A DNA stretch of 28,846 nucleotides, from assembly GCA_027038385.1 (NCBI GenBank), contig JALVXE010000176.1:1-28846 (forward strand), written 5' to 3'. The notes beneath the pieces are model-generated. The model did no database searches. It was not told the DNA's origin and was given only the letters and a program-made list of their open reading frames with translations. The stretch is from Thermotogaceae bacterium (GTDB lineage: Bacteria > Thermotogota > Thermotogae > Thermotogales > Thermotogaceae). The position numbers and the translations under genes are program-made. Positions 24,040-28,846 of the stretch are shown here, piece after piece. Positions within the stretch are counted from its first letter, which is position 1. Each line of letters starts with the position of its first letter.

Positions 24040-25745
24040 AGTTCCGGGAAGTGGACGACTCTGAGGATCTCCTCGACCGTGGTTTCACCTTTTAAAACCT
24101 TCTCCAGACCATCGATGAACATCGGTCTCATTCCGTTATCAACGGCGGCTTTTTGAATCTCTTTAACGTTAGCCCCTTCGGCTATGAGGTCTCTTAGCGA
24201 ATCGTCTACTATGAGGACCTCTCCTATAGCGGTTCTTCCCCTGTACAGTTCGTTGCACTGATCGGTCTCTTCAAGCTTGTATTCGACAGGTTCGTAGTTG
24301 TAATCCTGAAAGTACTGTTTGAAGTAGTAAGCGAGATCAGGTCTTAAGGGAAGCTTTCTTATTCTACACCTCTTGTTTATCTTTCTGACGAGTCTTTGAG
24401 CTATTACACCGAGAAGAGATGAGCTCACAAGGCGGGGATCTACCCCCATGTTTCTGAGTCTGTCGATAGCTGAGGACGCGTCGTTCGTGTGCAAAGTGCT
24501 GAGAACTAAGTGTCCAGTCATGGAAGCCTCCACAGCCAACTGAGCCGTCTCGGTATCCCTTATCTCACCTACCATTATCACATCTGGATCTTGCCTCAGG
24601 AAAGTCCTCAAATACTTCGCGAACGTCAGACCTATCTCGGGCTTCACCTGACACTGAACAGCTCCCTCTATGGTGTACTCAACTGGATCCTCGGCTGTGA
24701 CTATGTTGACTGTCTCGTCTATGAGTTCGTTTATCATCGCAACAAGCGTGGTGGATTTTCCACTACCCGTTGGACCAGTGACGAGTATTATCCCGTACGG
24801 TTCCGACAGGAGACGGTTTATTCCATCCACGTTGTATTCGTTGAATCCGAGATCTTCCAATTTCTTGTTCGCAGATGACACCTTTAAAACCCTCATAACT
24901 ATCTTTTCACCGTGAACGGTCGGCACGGTCGATACCCTGAAGTCGTACTGCTCACCTGCCGCTCTCAAGTAGAATTTCCCATCCTGCGGGAGTCGTCTCT
25001 CCGAGATATCGAGGTTGGCCAAGATCTTTATCCTTATCACCACTGCGTTGTGCTGGATCTTCGGATAGCTGAGGACGTTTTTGAGCATTCCATCCATCCT
25101 GTATCTGACTTTCACGATGTTCCTGTAAGGTTCTATGTGTATATCACTTGCATCTCTCTCTATCGCCCTGTGGATTATCATCGACACGAGCTTTATTATC
25201 GGGGCGTTCTCCTCTTCCTCACCAACAAGAGCTGCCAAATCTTCCGTTTCGAGTTCTTCCTCCTCTGTTCCGACCTCATCGAACAAGTCCTCCGGAGTTC
25301 CTAGGACGAAAGATTTGTAAAGGTACTCGAAAGTCACAGGACTCGTGAGCAGGATTTCCGGAGGTTTGCCGAAGAGAAATTTCAGGGAGGATTGGATCTT
25401 CTGAAGATCCGATGTTATATCCGTGACCACGACGATGGTACCGTCATCCTTCACCTCAAGTGGTATCACCTTGAGCTCGTCTATCATGTTCCTTGGGATC
25501 TTCGAGATAATATCCGGTGGTATCGCGGTTGGGATCTTGTCGAGCGGCTTAACGCCCCACTGTTCGGCCAGGGCATGAACGATCTCGTCCCAGGTCACGA
25601 ATCCTGAGTCAACCAAGGATTCACCGAGCGGTTTCCCTTTCTCCCTGCTGTACCTCAGAGCCTTTTGAAGTTCTGATTCAGTTATTAAACCTTTCTCCGT
25701 CAATATCTCTCCGAGTCTCTTGTACTTTTTCTTCTCGAAGAACAT
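24036..25745 (-). CDS. pilB: Type IV pilus / type II secretion assembly ATPase (PilB/GspE) with N-terminal MshEN motif
   Basis: RLGEILTEKGLI.., ASDIHIEP, ERRLPQDG, Walker A GPTGSGKST, TAEDPVEY, LRQDPDVIMVGEIRD, TGHLVLSTLH. Confidence 0.93.
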   Translation of the reverse strand: MFFEKKKYKRLGEILTEKGLITESELQKALRYSREKGKPLGESLVDSGFVTWDEIVHALAEQWGVKPLDKIPTAIPPDIISKIPRNMIDELKVIPLEVKDDGTIVVVTDITSDLQKIQSSLKFLFGKPPEILLTSPVTFEYLYKSFVLGTPEDLFDEVGTEEEELETEDLAALVGEEEENAPIIKLVSMIIHRAIERDASDIHIEPYRNIVKVRYRMDGMLKNVLSYPKIQHNAVVIRIKILANLDISERRLPQDGKFYLRAAGEQYDFRVSTVPTVHGEKIVMRVLKVSSANKKLEDLGFNEYNVDGINRLLSEPYGIILVTGPTGSGKSTTLVAMINELIDETVNIVTAEDPVEYTIEGAVQCQVKPEIGLTFAKYLRTFLRQDPDVIMVGEIRDTETAQLAVEASMTGHLVLSTLHTNDASSAIDRLRNMGVDPRLVSSSLLGVIAQRLVRKINKRCRIRKLPLRPDLAYYFKQYFQDYNYEPVEYKLEETDQCNELYRGRTAIGEVLIVDDSLRDLIAEGANVKEIQKAAVDNGMRPMFIDGLEKVLKGETTVEEILRVVHFPEL

Positions 25746-26797
25746 TACTCTCCGATTCTCCTTATGTCTATACCCCTCCAGTATATCGCCGGGACATCTT
25801 CATCCGGTATCAGTATCCTCTCATCTTCTTCGAACTTTGTCGCTATAAGCGTTATCCTCATCTCGTCCTCTGCGAGACTCTCATCGTGCATCAATCCAAG
25901 CACTATATCTGTATCCTCGCTCGTGTGCTGCTTTATGAGCATCATCGCGGTGTTGAGTTCGCTCATCTTGGCATTTGGAGGAGCCGTAAGGTTGACTATC
26001 ATCTTTCTCGCGTCCTCTATTGGATAATCCACCAACTTGCTCTCCATGGCGTTTCTGACAGCTTCAGATGCTCTGTTCTCCCCTTTACCGACACCTATTC
26101 CAAGAAGTGCGGCTCCGGCATCCCTCATAACGGATTCTATATCCGCGAAATCCAGGTTTATTATTCCCCTCTTCGTTATGAGTTCTGATATCCCCTTGAC
26201 CCCTTGGTGCAGTATCTCGTCCGCCATCAAGAAAGCTTTCGATATCTCTATATCGGGCTCTTCAAGGAGTTTGTTGTTGGAGATCCTTATCAGTGTGTCA
26301 ACCTTATCCTTTATCTCCCTCAATCCGTTTATGGCGGTTGCCCATCTCTTAGGTCCTTCGAAGAAAAACGGCGTTGTGACTATGGCGACGGTCAATATGT
26401 TCATATCGCGAGCTATCTCCGCTATAACGGGAGCGGCTCCCGTTCCCGTACCCCCTCCAAATCCAGCGGCTATGAAGAGCATATCCGTATCCTTGAGAAC
26501 GTCCTTTATCTTCTCTGCGCTTTCTTGAGCTGCGCTTTTTCCAACCTCAGGGTTTCCACCAGCTCCCAATCCCCTTGTCACCTTCTCGCCTATCTGTATC
26601 TTCGTTGGTGCCTTGTTTACCTCGAGGACTTGAACGTCCGTGTTCACAGCTATGAACTCCACCCCGTGTATTCCGAGTTCCATCATCCTGTTTATGGCGT
26701 TGTTTCCCGCTCCACCTACTCCCATAACCTTTATAACGGGTAATATGGCCTTCCCTTCATTTCTAACGTTCTCTTCTTTCGCCAATTCGAAACCCAT
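25745..26797 (-). CDS. ftsZ: Cell division protein FtsZ (start ATG 26797; ATG 26803 abuts the SD)
   Basis: IKVMGVGGAGNNA, NTDVQVL, GLGAGGNP, GGGTGTG tubulin signature, INLDFAD. Confidence 0.98.
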   Translation of the reverse strand: MGFELAKEENVRNEGKAILPVIKVMGVGGAGNNAINRMMELGIHGVEFIAVNTDVQVLEVNKAPTKIQIGEKVTRGLGAGGNPEVGKSAAQESAEKIKDVLKDTDMLFIAAGFGGGTGTGAAPVIAEIARDMNILTVAIVTTPFFFEGPKRWATAINGLREIKDKVDTLIRISNNKLLEEPDIEISKAFLMADEILHQGVKGISELITKRGIINLDFADIESVMRDAGAALLGIGVGKGENRASEAVRNAMESKLVDYPIEDARKMIVNLTAPPNAKMSELNTAMMLIKQHTSEDTDIVLGLMHDESLAEDEMRITLIATKFEEDERILIPDEDVPAIYWRGIDIRRIGE

Positions 26798-26813
26798 GTT
26801 CATACCTCCTGTA

Positions 26814-28109
26814 TCAGAAGAGGTTTTTCAGGAACTTCTTGAATCCTTTCATGAAACCAGAAGATTTCTTCGGCTGTGATCTTTGGATCTCCATCTCGGT
26901 TTTGATGAAGTTAACCACGTTTCCGAAAGTTGCAGAATACGACGGGTTGTCGGTGACTTCTTCATCACCAATGATCCTTTCCGATCCCACAGGAAAGGAC
27001 CTCAGAAAACTCCCAACCCTGACGTTCGTTCGAAGAACCTGTGTTGCGAGATCCGCCACGCGCTTTATCCTCGCTCCACCGCCGGCGAGAACCACCCCTC
27101 CAGGGATCCCGTTCTCTCTGTACTCTTGAACATTTCTTTCGAAGTCTTTGTAGACCCTTCTCACCTTGTTGAATATCTCCATGAGTCTCGCGTTCACAAC
27201 GAGCGCGAACTTTCCTGCGGACACCTTCTTCACTGTTCTTCCATCTATCTCCCTGTATTCTATCTCCGCATCCAAGTCCTCCGTCGGGTCGTACACGGCG
27301 AATCCGTAGTTCTTCAACATGGTTTCCGCTTCGTCAAAAGAGGTTCTGAATACGTACACGATGTCCTTTATAACGTTTCTAATTCCAAGTGAAACGTATT
27401 CCAAGCGTATGGGCATGTTGTTCAGGTACGCGACGACTGTTGAGAAGTTGTATCCCAGGTCAACGAAGACGACCCCGCTGTCCTTCTCAGTAGCCGTCAA
27501 CGTCCCTTCGGCTGATGATATAGGAGATGCGAACATCATAGGTTCGATTCCCAGGGTATCCTCGAGCGTCGCTCTGAGAGATTCTCCTATAGGATAATCT
27601 ATTCTAACAGTCGATACCTCCATCTCTATATCCCTTGCGCTCATATCGACTGGGTTGAAAACCACTCTGCTTCCATTCAACACGAACTTTCTAGTGAACA
27701 TGTTGAGAATCTTCTTTCCCGCTTCGGGCCCAGAGAGTCTATCAAATACTTCATACCTCAAGTCATCGAGAAGCTCTTCGGTTATCATGACCTCTCCATC
27801 CTCGTCGTCCTCCACAAGGCTGAACTTTTCGTTGTGTGATTCCAGTGTGAACTTGTTCGAACTGAATGAAATCAAGAATTCGCTCTTCGCGATTCTTGGA
27901 TACTGTTTCAGAAGCTCATCTAGAAGGTAGTTGAACGCCTCCTTGAAAGCCGCTACATCCTTTATATCTCCGGATTCTATTCCCCTGGCGTTAACTTCGG
28001 CGTACCCCAATACCTCAAAGCTGTCTCCTTTGACTCCAACGACTGTTCCCTTGAAATTCCTAGAGCCGATGTCTATTGATGTGTATACCTCATGTCCTGC
28101 CATCTCCAT
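26814..28109 (-). CDS. ftsA: Cell division protein FtsA
   Basis: SIDIGS, VDLGYNFS, GGVVLAGGGARI, YSATFG, C-terminal amphipathic helix FMKGFKKFLKNLF; directly upstream of ftsZ. Confidence 0.96.
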   Translation of the reverse strand: MEMAGHEVYTSIDIGSRNFKGTVVGVKGDSFEVLGYAEVNARGIESGDIKDVAAFKEAFNYLLDELLKQYPRIAKSEFLISFSSNKFTLESHNEKFSLVEDDEDGEVMITEELLDDLRYEVFDRLSGPEAGKKILNMFTRKFVLNGSRVVFNPVDMSARDIEMEVSTVRIDYPIGESLRATLEDTLGIEPMMFASPISSAEGTLTATEKDSGVVFVDLGYNFSTVVAYLNNMPIRLEYVSLGIRNVIKDIVYVFRTSFDEAETMLKNYGFAVYDPTEDLDAEIEYREIDGRTVKKVSAGKFALVVNARLMEIFNKVRRVYKDFERNVQEYRENGIPGGVVLAGGGARIKRVADLATQVLRTNVRVGSFLRSFPVGSERIIGDEEVTDNPSYSATFGNVVNFIKTEMEIQRSQPKKSSGFMKGFKKFLKNLF

Positions 28110-28585
28110 CCCCCCTTCAGGACGAGGAGATCACCTCCACTGAAGAGCTCGAGTCTGCTCCGAGGGACCAAATAAGGGAGATATCTGACTATCCCATCGA
28201 AGTTCTCCGAAAAATCCTCCCATTTGTGAAAGTATACCACCACACCCTTTCTGAATATAGCGTACTTTCTGTCAACACATACCTCAGACAGGTCGGGGTT
28301 GTTCAAGAATCTCCTCAAACTTTTCACAATCATCAAGTCGTTTTCGGATATCTTCAAACCTTCGAGCCTCAAACAAGAAAGCACTGCGATCCCAGATGAA
28401 TCGATAGGAGAAGCAGTTCCGATGAGTCTTCCGTTCTCGTTAACCCACCAAAAATGGTCGTCCGCGTTCACGAGGTAGACTCTGTCGTGTCTGATCAGCC
28501 TCATTGGCCTTTCCTTGAAAAAAGACACTGCTATGAAGATGACTTCTAAGTACACTAGGATCTTCAGAACCTTGAATCCCCTCAT
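28073..28585 (-). CDS. Hypothetical bitopic protein in the ftsQ position; possible truncated FtsQ/DivIB
   Basis: N-terminal TM ([15 protein letters not shown]); KERP...[11 protein letters not shown] resembles the FtsQ beta-domain pattern ERxP...VDxxG; sits between gyrB and ftsA. Confidence 0.6.
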   Translation of the reverse strand: MRGFKVLKILVYLEVIFIAVSFFKERPMRLIRHDRVYLVNADDHFWWVNENGRLIGTASPIDSSGIAVLSCLRLEGLKISENDLMIVKSLRRFLNNPDLSEVCVDRKYAIFRKGVVVYFHKWEDFSENFDGIVRYLPYLVPRSRLELFSGGDLLVLKGGWRWQDMRYTHQ

Positions 28586-28846
28586 ATGTCCAGATTAGTC
28601 ACACTGAGAGCATGCCTCTCTATGAAGCTTCTTCTGCTCGTCGTGTCGTTCCCAAGAAGTATTTCAAAGAGTGTATCCGCTTCTTCTGCATCCTCTATCT
28701 CCACCCTCACTATCCTTCTGCTATTTGGATCCATCGTGGTTTGCCATAGCTGTTCTGGGTTCATTTCGCCGAGACCTTTGTACCTCTGAACAACATATCT
28801 CTTCCCGTCGAGACCCCTCAAGAATTCCTTCAGCTCTTCGTCAGAA
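28582..28846 (-). CDS. gyrB: DNA gyrase subunit B, C-terminal fragment (runs off the right edge)
   Basis: [30 protein letters not shown], ends NLDI*; the frame stays open to the window edge. ParE is not excluded from this fragment alone. Confidence 0.9.
   Translation of the reverse strand, partial: SDEELKEFLRGLDGKRYVVQRYKGLGEMNPEQLWQTTMDPNSRRIVRVEIEDAEEADTLFEILLGNDTTSRRSFIERHALSVTNLDI

Noticed and set aside
1-28846. CRISPR arrays, IS elements, prophage, toxin-antitoxin or defence systems, rRNA, frameshifted pseudogenes
   Set aside because: No regularly spaced repeats, transposase, integrase or phage motifs were seen; all recognised genes are full length and intergenic gaps are under 160 nt.

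Overview
This window looks like core chromosome from a Thermotogota bacterium (inferred from gene content, the gyrB-orf-ftsA-ftsZ-pilB order, and GGAGGTG Shine-Dalgarno sites). It is almost fully coding. In order it holds: a partial dCache chemoreceptor-type gene; fabF-fabZ-fabK-fabD-fabG; pdxS-pdxT-degenerate GGDEF-DEDDh exonuclease; a divergent OstA/LptA-like, racemase-like, DHH/CBS/CCA-adding enzyme, M18 aminopeptidase operon; an active diguanylate cyclase; a malEFG-treT trehalose cluster; tRNA-Ser(UGA); a putative beta-barrel protein; hemW; and a tightly coupled minus-strand run gyrB-ftsQ-like-ftsA-ftsZ-pilB-hyp-CBS/ACT-uppP-MBL. I found no mobile element, CRISPR array, rRNA or defence island, and I cannot support a wholly new multi-gene system. 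The best leads are smaller. (1) The fab promoter has a perfect 18-bp palindrome over its -35 and an anti-SD/SD inverted repeat over the fabF RBS. (2) An 11-bp hairpin buries the RBS of the diguanylate cyclase, just after a terminator. (3) A catalytically degenerate GGDEF protein keeps its RxxD I-site, and together with the cyclase and an MshEN-bearing PilB it gives a possible c-di-GMP source/receptor set. (4) Several envelope proteins are uncharacterised: an LptA-like repeat protein, a beta-barrel candidate, and a POTRA-less FtsQ-like protein. (5) A one-cysteine racemase homologue. Comparisons to named proteins are from recall and were not checked by any search.
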